A program made the translations under genes and the position numbers. The notes under the pieces are model-generated. The model worked only from the letters and a program-made list of their open reading frames with translations. It was not told where the DNA came from and did no database searches. Source: Macrostomum lignano (taxonomy: Eukaryota). Taken from it: DNA of 64,000 bases. Below are positions 50,432-62,200 of the stretch, one piece after another; the stretch's first letter is position 1; the number at the start of each line of letters is the position of its first letter. Where the stretch lies: NCBI GenBank assembly GCA_002269645.1, contig NIVC01000975.1, positions 124,001-188,000 of the forward strand, in the 5' to 3' direction.

Positions 50432-53341
50432 GGCAGGCAGGTAGACAGGCAGACAGACAGACAGGCAGACAGACAGCTCACTGCCCCTGTCCCGCAGCTC
50501 GCCAAGAACAAGGACACAAAGTCGACGTACGGAAAATCTTGGGAGAATGAGATTCGGGTGCTCAGACGCTTCCAGCACGCCAACATCGTGCAGCTGGAGA
50601 TCATCTTCGAGTCTGAGAGCAACTGCTACCTGTTTATGGAGCTTTGCGATGCCGGCACCCTGGCGGATGAGCTGAACAGAAGGCGACAGTTTCAGGAGGC
50701 CGATACCAGATGCCTGCTTAGACAGGTGCGAATGCTTTAAATAATCCCATCCTGTACTCTGATCCCATCCTGTACTCTGATTCCATCCTGTACTCTGATC
50801 CTATCGGGTACTCTGATCCTGTACTCTGATTCCATCCTGTACTCTGATCCTATCCTGTACTCTGATCCTATCGGGTACTCTGATTCCATCCTGTACTCTG
50901 ATCCTGTACTCTGATTCCATCCTGCACTCTGATCCCATCATGTACTCTGATCCCCTCCTGTACTCTGATCCCATCCTGTACTCTGATTCCATCCTGTACT
51001 CTGATCCTGTACTCTGATTCCATCCTGTACTCTGATCCCATCATGTACTCTGATCCCCTCCTGTACTCTGATCCCATCCTGTACTCTGATTCCATCCTGT
51101 ACTCTGATCCTGTACTCTGATTCCATCCTGCACTCTGATCCCATCATGTACTCTGATCCCCTCCTGTACTCTGATCCCATCCTGTACTCTGATTCCATCC
51201 TGTACTCTGATCCTGTACTCTGATTCCATCCTGTACTCTGATCCCATCATGTACTCTGATCCCCTCCTGTACTCTGATCCCATCCTGTACTCTGATTCCA
51301 TCCTGTACTCTGATCCTGTACTCTAATCCCATCCTGCACTCTGATCCCATCCTGTACTCTGATCCCATCATGTACTCTGATCCCATCATGTACTCTGATC
51401 CCATCATGTACTCTGATCCCATCCTGTACTCTGATCCCCTCCTGTACTCTTATCCCATCATGTACTCTGATCCCATCATGTACTCTGATCCCATCCTGTA
51501 CTCTGATCCCCTCCTGTACTCTGATCCCATCCTGTACTCTGATCCCATCCTGTACTCTGATCCCACCATGTACTCTGATCCCATTCTAACTCCATCAGGT
51601 GGGCAGTGCGCTCAGCTTCCTACACAAGAGTCGCATTGTTCACAGAGATCTGAAGCTGCAAAACTGCCTCCTAAAAGCCCGTTGCTCCCAGAAGCAGCAG
51701 CCACAGAAGGCCAGACGAGTTCGCAGCCATCACAGCCTCGCAGAAGACGACATTTCAGCCTCCTGCCCGTTCGACGTCAAGCTGACAGACTTTGGCTTGT
51801 CCATCGAACTGCGCTGCCTCGAGCACTCCCTGGTGGACAATGTCGGCACCCCTGTCTACCAGGCACCCGAGATTGTCAACGGCAGCAGTTACAACTACAA
51901 GTGCGATGTTTGGGCCCTGGGCATCATAGCCTACTGCATGCTCCACGGCCGCTGCCCCTATGACGACTCGGATGACCTGACTGAGGCCATTCGATGCTTC
52001 AATTATGCAGAGGCCTGCGCCGACTGCGGAGTCTGCGCCCAGCTCAGCAGGGAGTGCCGCGACTGTCTGGACCGCCTGCTGAGGCCCTGCCAGGTGGGCT
52101 GGGATCTGAGATGGAGCTGAGTCTGGGATTTGAGATGGAGCTGAGTCTGGGATCTGAGATGCAGCTGAATCTGGGATCTGAGATGGAGCTGAGTCTGGGA
52201 TTTGAGATGGAGCTGAGTCTGGGATCTGAGATGGAGCTGAGTCTGGGATTTGAGATGGAGCTGAGTCTGGGATCTGAGATGGAGCTGAGTCTGGGATCTG
52301 AGATGGAGCTGAGTCTGGGATCTGAGATGGAGCTGAGTCTGGGATCTGAGATGGAGCTGAGTCTGGGATCTAGGGGGGGGGATCTAAGGGACAGAGATCT
52401 AAGGGACGGAGATCTAAGGGGTGGAGATCTAAGGGGCGGAGATCTAAGGGCGGATATCTAAGGGGCGGAGATCTAAGGGGCGGAGATCTAAGGGCAGAAA
52501 TCTAAGGGACAGAGATCTAAGGGGCGGAGATCTAAGGGACAGAGATCTAAGGGGCGGAGATCTAAGGGGCGGAGATCTAAGGGGCAGAGATCTAAGGGGC
52601 GGAGATCTAAGGGGCGGAGATCTAAGGGGCGGAGATCTAAGGGGCGGAGATCTAAGGGGCGGAGATCTAAGGGGCGGAGATCTAAGGGGCGGAGATCTAA
52701 GGGCAGATATCTAAGCGCAGAAATCTAAGGGACAGAGATCTAAGAGCAGAAATCTAAGGGACAGAGATCTAAGGGGCGGAGATCGCGGAGATCTAAGGGG
52801 CGGCCATCTAAGGGGCGGCCATCTATGGGGCGGCCATCTAAGGGGCGGAGATCTAAGGGGCGGAGATCTAAGGGGCGGAGATCTAAGGGCGGAGATCTAA
52901 GGGGCGGAGATCTAAGGGGCGGAGATCTAAGGGGCGGAGATCTAAGGGGCGGAGATCTAAGGGGCAGAGATCTAAGGGGCGGAGATCTAAGGGGCGGAGA
53001 TCTAAGGGGCGGAGATCTAAGGGGCGGAGATCTAAGGGGCGGAGATCTAAGGGGCGGAGATCTAAGGGGCGGAGATCTAAGGGCGGAGATCTAAGGGGCG
53101 GAGATCTAAGGGGCGGAGATCTAAGGGGCGGAGATCTAAGGGGCGGAGATCTAAGGGGCGGAGATGTTGCCCAGCTCAGAAGCAGCTCTCCCCATCGCTC
53201 ACGCAGGTTGAGCGGTCTTCAGCCGCGGAGTTCATGCAGTCTGCCTGGTCCCGAGGCGCCAGCCTAACAGAGTCGGACAGCGGACCATCGGGCAGCATCC
53301 TTGAGCTGATGCGCAGCATGAACAAGGCCAAACTGGCTTGA
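47412..53341 (+). CDS. STK33: Ser/Thr kinase, STK33-like (CAMK group); join(47412..47648,50498..50725,51599..52093,53207..53341), 364 aa
   Basis: LGEGAFG, FAVKK, ENEIRVL, YLFMELC, HRDLKLQN, DFGLS, GTPVYQAPE and CDVWALG are present. All three introns are GT-AG and phase 0. The pre-kinase VHYVKIDSSRQLE and C-terminal SILELM resemble STK33. The symbol is tentative. Confidence 0.7.
47675..49260. repeat. 20-bp minisatellite (ctctgactgctctagtcact) in kinase intron 1
   Basis: Read directly from the sequence. Confidence 0.97.
49797..50476. repeat. (CAGA)n/(CAGG)n microsatellite in kinase intron 1
   Basis: Read directly from the sequence. Confidence 0.99.
50745..51585. repeat. ~18-bp minisatellite (tgtactctgatcccatcc) with a higher-order ~103-bp period, kinase intron 2
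   Basis: Read directly from the sequence. The repeated ORF translations are offset by about 103 nt. Confidence 0.95.
52098..53165. repeat. Two adjacent minisatellites in kinase intron 3: 24-bp (gagatggagctgagtctgggatct, to ~52372) and 15-bp (ctaaggggcggagat)
   Basis: Read directly from the sequence. Confidence 0.96.
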
Positions 53342-53639
53342 CCACACCCGTGCACAATATTGCTTTGAGTTGAAAACCAAACACACTCTTGTGCCTTTCT
53401 GTCTGCTTTCCTCTTGCTTTCAGAACGCTTTCTGCAGATTTTGTATTTCGATTGTAAATGTAATTACTCACATTCAGGAGGTGTGACCTCTTGAATCCCA
53501 GCTTTGAGCATTAAACTGGACCTTCCTGCCTTTTACTTTTCCTGCTTCTGTCGCTTGCTGCTTTTTTCGCTTTGCTTCATCTCTTCTACTTTTCCTTCAC
53601 TGCCTTCTCTTCTCTCTCATCTTCCCTGTCAACTCCCCT

Positions 53640-53870
53640 TTTATCTCCCCTCTTATCTCCTTCCCATCTCCTTTCTCCTCTTCCCTCTCATCTCCCCTCT
53701 TATCTCCCCTCTCATCTCCGCTCTTATCTCGCCTCTAATCTCTTCTCTCATCTCCCCTCTCATCTCCTCTCTCATCTCCCCTCTCATCTCCCCTCATCTC
53801 CCCTCTCATCTCCTCTCTCATCTCCGCTCTTATCTCTCCTCTCATTTCAACTCTCATCTCTATTTTGCCT
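53640..53870. repeat. 12-bp pyrimidine-rich repeat (ctcatctcccct)
   Basis: Read directly from the sequence. Confidence 0.85.
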
Positions 53871-54319
53871 CTCTCACATCCCTTCTAATCGGTAAGAATG
53901 ATACGAATGAGAGCCTGCAGCACGTAGCGGTTAAGGCATTCAGACGCTGGCCCAGTTGCCACGCCTTTTTAGTACAGAAAGAGCCTCAAACGGCTGCCCA
54001 TGCAGTCCCTGTGACAGACAGGTTCAAGTGGCTACCAGTTCAGTCACAGTGAAGTTACCCAAAGCCTCTCCTTATATTAAAAGCAGAACAAAGTCCTCTT
54101 TTTCTATTTTAAAATTTAGCCAAAGAAGGCTACTCAAGAAATACGGACAACAGACCTTTCAGTGCAAGATTTGAATGACCTGGGAAAGGTGAAGAAATGC
54201 TGATTGTTGACGAGCTCTTGAATCCTTTTTCACTCTCTTCACTTCCTTCTGGTCTTCTTTAATCTCTTTGACCACACTGTATATCTACGAGCGTATAATC
54301 TTCCTTCATCTCTCCCCCT

Positions 54320-56095
54320 CTCTGCTCTGCTGCCCCACTCCCCTCTGCCCACTCCCCTTCGCCCCACTCACCTCTGCCCCTCTGCCCCTCTGCCCCACTG
54401 CCCCACTCCCCTCTGCCCCACTCCCCTCTGCCCCACTCCCTCTGCCCCACCCCCTCTGCCCCTCTGCCCCACTCCCCTCTGCCCCATTTCCCTTTGCCCC
54501 ATTCCCCTCTGCCCACTCCCCTTCGCCTCACTCCTCTCTGCCCCTCTGCCCCACTCCCCTCTGCCCACTCCCCTTCGCCCCACTCACCTCTGCCCCTCTG
54601 CCCCACTCCCCTCTGCCCCATTTCCCTTTGCCCCATTCCCCTCTGACCCACTCCCATTCGCCCCACTCACCTCTGCCCCTCTGCCCCACTCCCCTCTGCC
54701 CCATTTCCCTTTGCCCCATTCCCTTCTGCCCCACTCCCCTTCGCCCCACTCCTCTCTGCCCCTCTGCCCCACTCCCTCTGCCCCACTCCCTCTGCCCCAC
54801 TCCCTCTGCCCCTCTGCCCCACTCCCTCTGCCCCATTTCCCTTTGCCCCATTCCCCTCTGCCCCACTCCCCTTCGCCCCACTCCTCTCTGCCCCTCTGCC
54901 CCACTCCCCTCTGCCCCATTTCCCTTTGCCCCATTCCCCTCTGCCCCACTCCCCTTCGCCCCACTCCTCTCTGCCCCTCTGCCCCACTCCCCTCTGCCCC
55001 ATTTCCCTTTGCCCCATTCCCCTCTGCCCCACTCCCCTCTGCCCCATTTCCCTTTGCCCCATTCCCCTCTGCCCCACTCCCCTCTGCCCCATTTCCCTTT
55101 GTGCCATTCCCCTTTGCCCCACCCCCTCTGCCCCTCTGCCCCACTCCCCTCTGCCCCATTTCCCTTTGCCCCATTCCCCTCTGACCCACTCCCCTTCGCC
55201 CCACTCACCTCTGCCCCTCTGCCCCACTCCCCTCTGCCCCATTTCCCTTTGCCCCATTCCCTTCTGCCCCACTCCCCTTCGCCCCACTCCTCTCTGCCCC
55301 TCTGCCCCACTCCCTCTGCCCCACTCCCTCTGCCCCACTCCCTCTGCCCTTCTGCCCCACTCCCTCTGCCCCATTTCCCTTTGCCCCATTCCCCTCTGCC
55401 CCACTCCCCTTCGCCCCACTCCTCTCTGCCCCTCTGCCCCACTCCCCTCTGCCCCATTTCCCTTTGCCCCATTCCCCTCTGCCCCACTCCCCTTCTCCCC
55501 ACTCCTCTCTGCCCCTCTGCCCCACTCCCCTCTGCCCCATTTCCCTTTGCCCCATTCCCCTCTGCCCCACTCCCCTCTGCCCCATTTCCCTTTGCCCCAT
55601 TCCCCTCTGCCCCACTCCCCTCTGCCCCATTTCCCTTTGTGCCATTCCCCTTTGCCCCACTCCCCTCTGCCCCACTCCCTCTGCCCCACTCCCTCTGCCC
55701 CTCTGCCCCACTCCCTCTGCCCCTCTGCCCCACTCCCTCTGCCCCACTCCCTCTGCCCCTCTGCCCCACTCCCCTCTGCCCCACTCCCTCTGCCCCACTC
55801 CCTCTGCCCCACTCCCTCTGCCCCTCTGCCCCACTCCCTCTGCCCCTCTGCCCCACTCCCTCTGCCCCACTCCCTCTGCCCCACTCTCTCTGCCCCACTC
55901 CCTCTGCCCCTCTGCCCCACTCCCTCTGTCCCTCTGCCCCACTCCCTCTGCCCCACTCCCTCTGCCCCACTCCCTCTGCCCCACTCCCTCTGCCCCACTC
56001 CCTCTGCCCCACTCCCTCTGCCCCACTCCCTCTGCCCCACTCCCTCTGCCCCTCTGCCCCACTCCCTCTGCCCCACCCCCTCTGCCCCACCCCCT
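54320..56095. repeat. C-rich minisatellite (ccccactcccctctg variants)
   Basis: Read directly from the sequence. The minus strand carries dense G-runs. Confidence 0.97.
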
Positions 56096-56335
56096 TCTTT
56101 CCTTCCTGTCTTTTTTCAGCAAAGAAAAAGCGTTAGTTCTAGAGGCCTCGAGATTTTATTTTTTATATTTCAGTTCTGATTTCGAATCACTAAAGCAATT
56201 TTTGCGGCAACAAAAATCCTAAAAAATCGTTTAAGAAAATAAGTTCAACCAGCCGGTTTTGTTAAAATTTTAAAGTCAAATTTGAAAAAGTACCAATGTT
56301 GCAATTTCCTAGATTATGGAACTATCTGAAGTCGC

Positions 56336-57667
56336 TTAACTGATCGTCCTGAATGAGCAGCTCTTGTTGACCCGGATCTCAACCCATTCACCCCAGAAGC
56401 TCTCGGCGCCTTCAGGGCACAGACTGTCCTGCACGTTGTAGTCTTTGCGAATGCGAATCACGGATACTGGCTGAGTTATCTGTTAGGGATTGAGCAGTCA
56501 GTGAGCAGTCAGTGAGCAGTCAGTGGGCAGTCAGTGAGAAGTCAGTGAGCAGTCAGTGAGCAGTCAGTGAGCAGTCAGTGAGCAGTCAGTGAGCAGTCAG
56601 TGAGCAGTCAGTGAGCAGTCAGTGAGCAGTCAGTGAGCAGTCAGTGAGCAGTCAGTGAGCAGTCAGTGAGCAGTCAGTGGGCAGTCAGTGAGCAGTCAGT
56701 GGGCAGTCAGTGAGCAGTCAGTGAGCAGTCAGTGAGCAGTCAGTGAGCAGTCAACAATGAATGTGCTCACCTGCTCGCACACTCCAACAATCGAATTTAG
56801 CCTATCATCAACCCGACTGCACAGGCAGTTTAGCTGAACCTGAGCGGCAGGCAGTTCATCAGGCCTGGCTTCAACAATGGCAGTGACCGGGCACACGAGC
56901 CCGTCCAGGCGTGTGATCAAGGATCCGTCGCAAACGTCCTTGTACACCGCGTCGCGAGATTCCTCTACAAGAAATCTGTTGTATTCAAGTTGGTCTCGAA
57001 TGAATCTCAGCGATTGGTTCAGAGTAGTTGAGGGCTTCTCCTTGCACACGAGCACGCTGGAGCCGGCATCCCCTGGGTGCAGGTGGTAGATGAGCAGCCC
57101 CGTGGCCAGCAGCAGCAGCAGCACCAATATTGACAGGCACTTTTTCGACTGGCCCTGTCACGGGGGGCGGGAATTGCCGTCAGAACTGTCCCGGCCCTCA
57201 CTGACTCTCGTCTGAGATCTGTGACTCTATCCTGACCCTCAGTGACTCTATTATCACCTCTCAGTGACTCTATCCTGACCCTCAGTGACTCTATTATCAC
57301 CTCTCAGTGACTCTATCCTGACCCTCAGTGACTCTATTATGACCTTTCAGTGACTCTATTATCACCTCTCAGTGACTCTATTATCACCTCTCAGTGACTC
57401 TATTATCACCTCTCAGTGACTCTATTATCACCTCTCAGTGACTCTATTATCACCTCTCAGTGACTCTATTATCACCTCTCAGTGACTCTATCCTGAGATC
57501 TCAGTGCCTCATCCTGACCCCTCAGTGACTCAACCTGACATCTCAGTGACTCAACCTGGCATCTCAGTGACTCAACCTGGCATCTCAGTGACTCTCAGCA
57601 GCAACTCCAACCTTTCCCTCATAGAAAGGCATCAATAAGAAAGCAATCAACTCACCTGATCTGGCAT
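56336..57667 (-). CDS. Secreted cystine-knot protein, IL-17/Trunk-like; complement(join(56336..56479,56771..57154,57656..57667)), 179 aa
   Basis: The phase-0 GT-AG joins give MPDQ|GQSKKCLSILVLLLLLATGLLIYHLHPGDA (signal peptide)...LVCPVTAIVEARPDELPAAQVQLNCLC...VCEQ|ITQPVSVIRIR...CP...WGEWVEIRVNKSCSF*. Confidence 0.65.
56492..56752. repeat. 11-bp minisatellite (gagcagtcagt) filling an intron of the cystine-knot gene
   Basis: Read directly from the sequence. Confidence 0.97.
57205..57595. repeat. ~22-bp minisatellite (ctctcagtgactctattatcac), intronic
   Basis: Read directly from the sequence. Confidence 0.93.
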
Positions 57668-58147
57668 GGTTACAAAAACAGAAGAAATTAATATTCTCCG
57701 ACAGAAGTCACTCAGTGAGAGAGCACACAATTTTTTGCATGCAGCCGGGAAGTTACGGCCTGCTATGTACAGTGTGGAGCAACTCGTCTCTTCTTTTATC
57801 TGAAGTTCGCTTTAATCTAGGACTCTGTTGCTCCAGTTTTATTGCTTTAGATTGTGTTGTGTTTCTCATTGGCCAACACTTGTCTTTGAAATAGATTTTG
57901 CAAAAGGGCGGCACTGTGCCCTTTACTACAAGGTAAGGTTTGAAGTCTCGAGCAATGCTTGCTAGCCATATCGATGGACTGCTTTTGATAATAAATCAAT
58001 AAAACAGAAATCTTACAGTGTTTGTTTGTATTTATTTGTAAGTTTATAATAATAGACAAGTAATTTTGGCTGTGTGCAATATTACTATGCAATTGAACAT
58101 GTGCTGTTATAATTTGCTTACATGAACATTTGGCATGGAGTAGGACT

Positions 58148-59095
58148 GAGGGGTGGGAGTGAGGGGTGGGGAGTGAGGGGTGGGGAGTGAGGGGTGGGGA
58201 GTGAGGGGTGGGGAGTGAGGGGTGAGGAGTGAGGGGTGGGAGTGAGGGGTGGAGTGAGGGGTGGGGAGTGAGGGGTGGGGAGTGAGGGGTGGGGAGTGAG
58301 GGGTGGAGTGAGGGGTGGGGAGTGAGGGGTGGGAGTGAGGGGTGGGAGTGAGGGGTCTGGAGTGAGGGGTGGGAGTGAGGGGTGGAGTGAGGGGTGGGGA
58401 GTGAGGGGTGGGGAGTGAGGGGTGGGGAGTGAGGGGTGGAGTGAGGGGTGGGAGTGAGGGGTCTGGAGTGAGGGGTGGGGAGTGAGGGGTGGGGAGTGAG
58501 GGGTGGGGAGTGAGGGGTGGAGTGAGGGGTGGGGAGTGAGGGGTGGGGAGTGAGGGGTGGGGAGTGAGGGGTGGAGTGAGGGGTGGGAGTGAGGGGTGGA
58601 GTGAGGGGTGGGGAGTGAGGGGTGGGGAGTGAGGGGTGGGGAGTGAGGGGTGGGGAGTGAGGGGTGGGGAGTGAGGGGTGGGGAGTGAGGGGTGGAGTGA
58701 GGGTGGGGAGTGAGGGGTGGGGAGTGAGGGGTGGAGTGAGGGGTGGGGAGTGAGGGGTGGGGAGTGAGGGGTGGGAGTGAGGGGTGGAGTGAGGGGTGGG
58801 AGTGAGGGGTGGGAGTGAGGGGTGGAGTGAGGGGTGGGGAGTGAGGGGTGGGAGTGAGGGGTCTGGAGTGAGGGGTGGAGTGAGGGGTGGAGTGAGGGGT
58901 GGAGTGAGGGGTGGGAGTGAGGGGTGGGGGTGAGGGGTGGGGAGTGAAGGGTGGGGAGTGAGGGGTGGGGAGTGAAGGGTGGGGAGTGAGGGGTGGGGAG
59001 TGAGGGGTGGGGAGTGAGGGGTGGGGAGTGAGGAGTGGGGAGTGAGGGGTGAGAGAGTGAGGGGTGGGGAGTGAGGGGTGGGGAGCGAGGGGTGT
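58148..59095. repeat. G-rich 12-14-bp minisatellite (gagtgaggggtggg)
   Basis: Read directly from the sequence. Confidence 0.97.
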
Positions 59096-59208
59096 GGAAT
59101 ATTGAAGCAGGAGTGAATGCAAAGTACATGTAGAGCATAAGAGCATTTAAAATATTTAAATAGCATTATGGTAATTTAATATTTAGCGATTTCAGCAGCA
59201 TAGCAGCT

Positions 59209-62200
59209 TCACTTCTTCTTTTTGCGACCCCGCTTGCCTCGCTTTCTCTTCTTGATGCCGGAGCCCAGCTTCTGGATGTTGGCGAAGGTCTCGGAGTTCA
59301 TGCGGGGACCGACGCGCAGCGACATGGAGGACAGCTTGGCTGCAGGCGATTTTGAGGGCTGGTCTGACTCTGTCTGACTCTCGCTGTCTGACTCTCTGAC
59401 TCTCTGTCTGACTCTATTCGACTCTCTGACTCTCTGTCTGACTCTGTTCGACTCTCTGACTCTCTGTCTGACTCTGTCTGACTCTCTGACTCTTTGTCTG
59501 ACTCTCTGACTCTCTCTCTGACTCTCTGTCTGACTCTCTGTCTGACTCTCTGACTCTCTATCTGACTCTCTCTGTCTGACTCTCTGTCTGCATCTCTCTG
59601 TCTGACTCTCTGTCTGACTCTCTTCTTCAGCCTGACTACCTTTCTGACTGTATGACCATCCCTGACACCGCCGTACACTACCTCTGACTTTCTGTCTAAC
59701 TCCATAATTGTTTTTTGACACCGATTCTAAATACTGACTCACTCAGAACAAAGGTCACTCACCTTCTTTGCGTGCCTGAAGGAACTCAAACACCAGCCGG
59801 CCGCCCACATCGCCGATGTCGTTGCCCCAGAGGTCCAGCTCTTCGAGGATCGGGGAGCAGCTCACGATGCTGGGATGGGGAATTTCGGGATTTTCTTCGA
59901 ACTGAGAGTGTCGTGATTTCTTTTGGATTCCCCACTATAATTAGTAATGGGATTCCCCTTTAGGCTAGGATTCCCCGTGCAGCGGGATTTCCCTTCGATT
60001 TGTGATTCTCCAGAAAAATTGGATTTCCCATCCCAGTTAGGATTCCCCAGTAAACAATATAATCAGATTCTCCATCGGGAAGTGCTTTTCAAGAGTAGTA
60101 GAATTTCCTTTCGCTTTGGGATTCCCCAGTGAAATGGGAGTCCCCGATTCTCGAAAAATGAGATTCCTCTAAATTATTAGTTCCCCTTAAAGTAGAATTC
60201 CCTTAAAATTAGGATTCCCCCTAAATGAGGATTTCCCCTACATTAGGATTCCCCTAAAATTAGGATTCCCCTAACATTAGGATTCAGCTAAAATCAGGAT
60301 TCCCCTAAAATCAGGATTCCCCTTGAAATTAGGATTCCCCTAAAATTTGGATTCCCCCTAAAATTTGGATTCCCCCTAAAATTAGGATTCCCCTACATTA
60401 GGATTCCCCTAAAATTAGGATTCCAATAAAATCAGGATTCCCCTAAAATTAGGATTCCCCTAAAATTAGGATTCAGCTAAAATCAGGATTTCCCGAAAAT
60501 CAGGATTCCCCTGAAATTAGGATACCCGTAAAATTAGGATTCCCCCTAAAATTAGGATTCCCTCTAAAATTTGGATTCCCCCTAAAATTAGGATTCCCCC
60601 TTAAGCTTCTCCCTAAAATTAGAATTCGCCCTAAAATTAAGATTCCCCCTTAAATAAGGATTCCCCCAAAATTAGGATTCCCCCTAAAATTTGGATTTCC
60701 CCTAAAATTAAGATTCACCCTAAAATTTGGATTTCCCCTAAAGTTAAGATTCCTCTAAAATTAGGATTCCCCTTAATAAGAATTTCCCCTAAAATTAGGA
60801 TTCCCCCTAAAATTAGGATTCCCCCTAAAATTAGGATTCCCCCTAAAATTAGGATTCCCCTAAAATTAGGCCAAGCATCAGTCAACGCAACATTAGTTGG
60901 ATGTTCCCCGATGGCCCACCTGCCCAGCCGGATGACGCTCTTCAGGCAGACAAAGTTGGCGCCCCTGCCGACCTGGTCGATTCCGTTGTCGGCCAGGTGG
61001 AGCTTGCGGATTACCGGTTCGATTGCTGGCCGCTCGACGGGCTTCTTCCTGCGACCTGGGAATCCAGGGTTGGGAATGTACTTTAGTAGGTAAACCTATA
61101 ATTAATATCTAAAGGAGAGGAGCTTATAATTAATGTTTTTTGACAGGTAATATTGGTCGAAACAAAATGTGCCATCTGTTTGCGAAGTGAGAAAAAAATA
61201 TTACTCAAAGTTAAAAAGTTATGAAAAAAAAAAACGTGACTAGTATTTGTGCTACTTTCAGCAGTAGCCAGTAACGCAAAAGGGCGGTAAATTTTAGCAA
61301 AAAATTGAAAAAAATCTTTAATATTTACCCGACTAAGCGAGCGCTGAAACATTTGAAAGAAATTATTCATCAATATTTCTGCAATAGAATCTATTAGCAA
61401 GCAGAGAGTTCAACTTAATCGCAGAAAATGTTATTAAAAATCTAAAAAAAGACAATTCTTATTTGAATTTTGACTTTCATAGCTTTTGTTTACCCTCAGC
61501 ATCGCTTTCTTCGTCTGCAGAAATTTGACCATGAAAAAGTACAAGGTGTACATAAATCACTGTCACTGCACTACTAATAGAGATTGTCATGCACATAAAT
61601 TTTCTTTAGAGCTCTCACCTTTCTTTCCGCCCTTCTTTCCGCCCTTTTTTCCGCCCTTCTTTCCGCCCTTTTTTCCGCCCTTCTTTCCGCCCTTCTTCTT
61701 GCCGCTCTTCGAAGATTTGGCTGAGTCCGGTTTGGCCTCTGAGGCGCCTGAAAGTTGAAAACAAGCGCATGAAACTCTACTTGCAGTAGAGAAAATCGGA
61801 TTTTGCCACTAAAACTAAGAAAGATATCTAAATTAGTAGTCCTTGAAAATTTCTTTAAACGGATTGGAAACGAAAAGTAAAGGCTCAAAATTTTATATGC
61901 TATTCGTCAAAACATCTACGCAAAAGCAACGTAAGGAAGATGGAAAAAATGGAAATTCGTAATTGAATTAGTAGAGAAAAATAAAATATACTATTTAATA
62001 CAATAGGTTTTCTCCTGTTTTCGTACTGCAAATGTGCGATGATGTGGAGTAGGTGTACCGATCCTTGGGTGCTGAAAAATGGTCCAGGTGGTTGGCGCTG
62101 CAGCATTTGTACTGCAATGTGCAGTGTACTGATATCGTTCTGTCCAATCAACAGAACCCCAATCAGCCCCCACTCCAATCAACGCCCAACCCAATCAACC

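Noticed and set aside
49668-56222. SVCL, QTDR, GSEY, GGDLR, PLCP and GAEG repeat ORFs
   Set aside because: Translations of micro- and minisatellites in introns or intergenic DNA.
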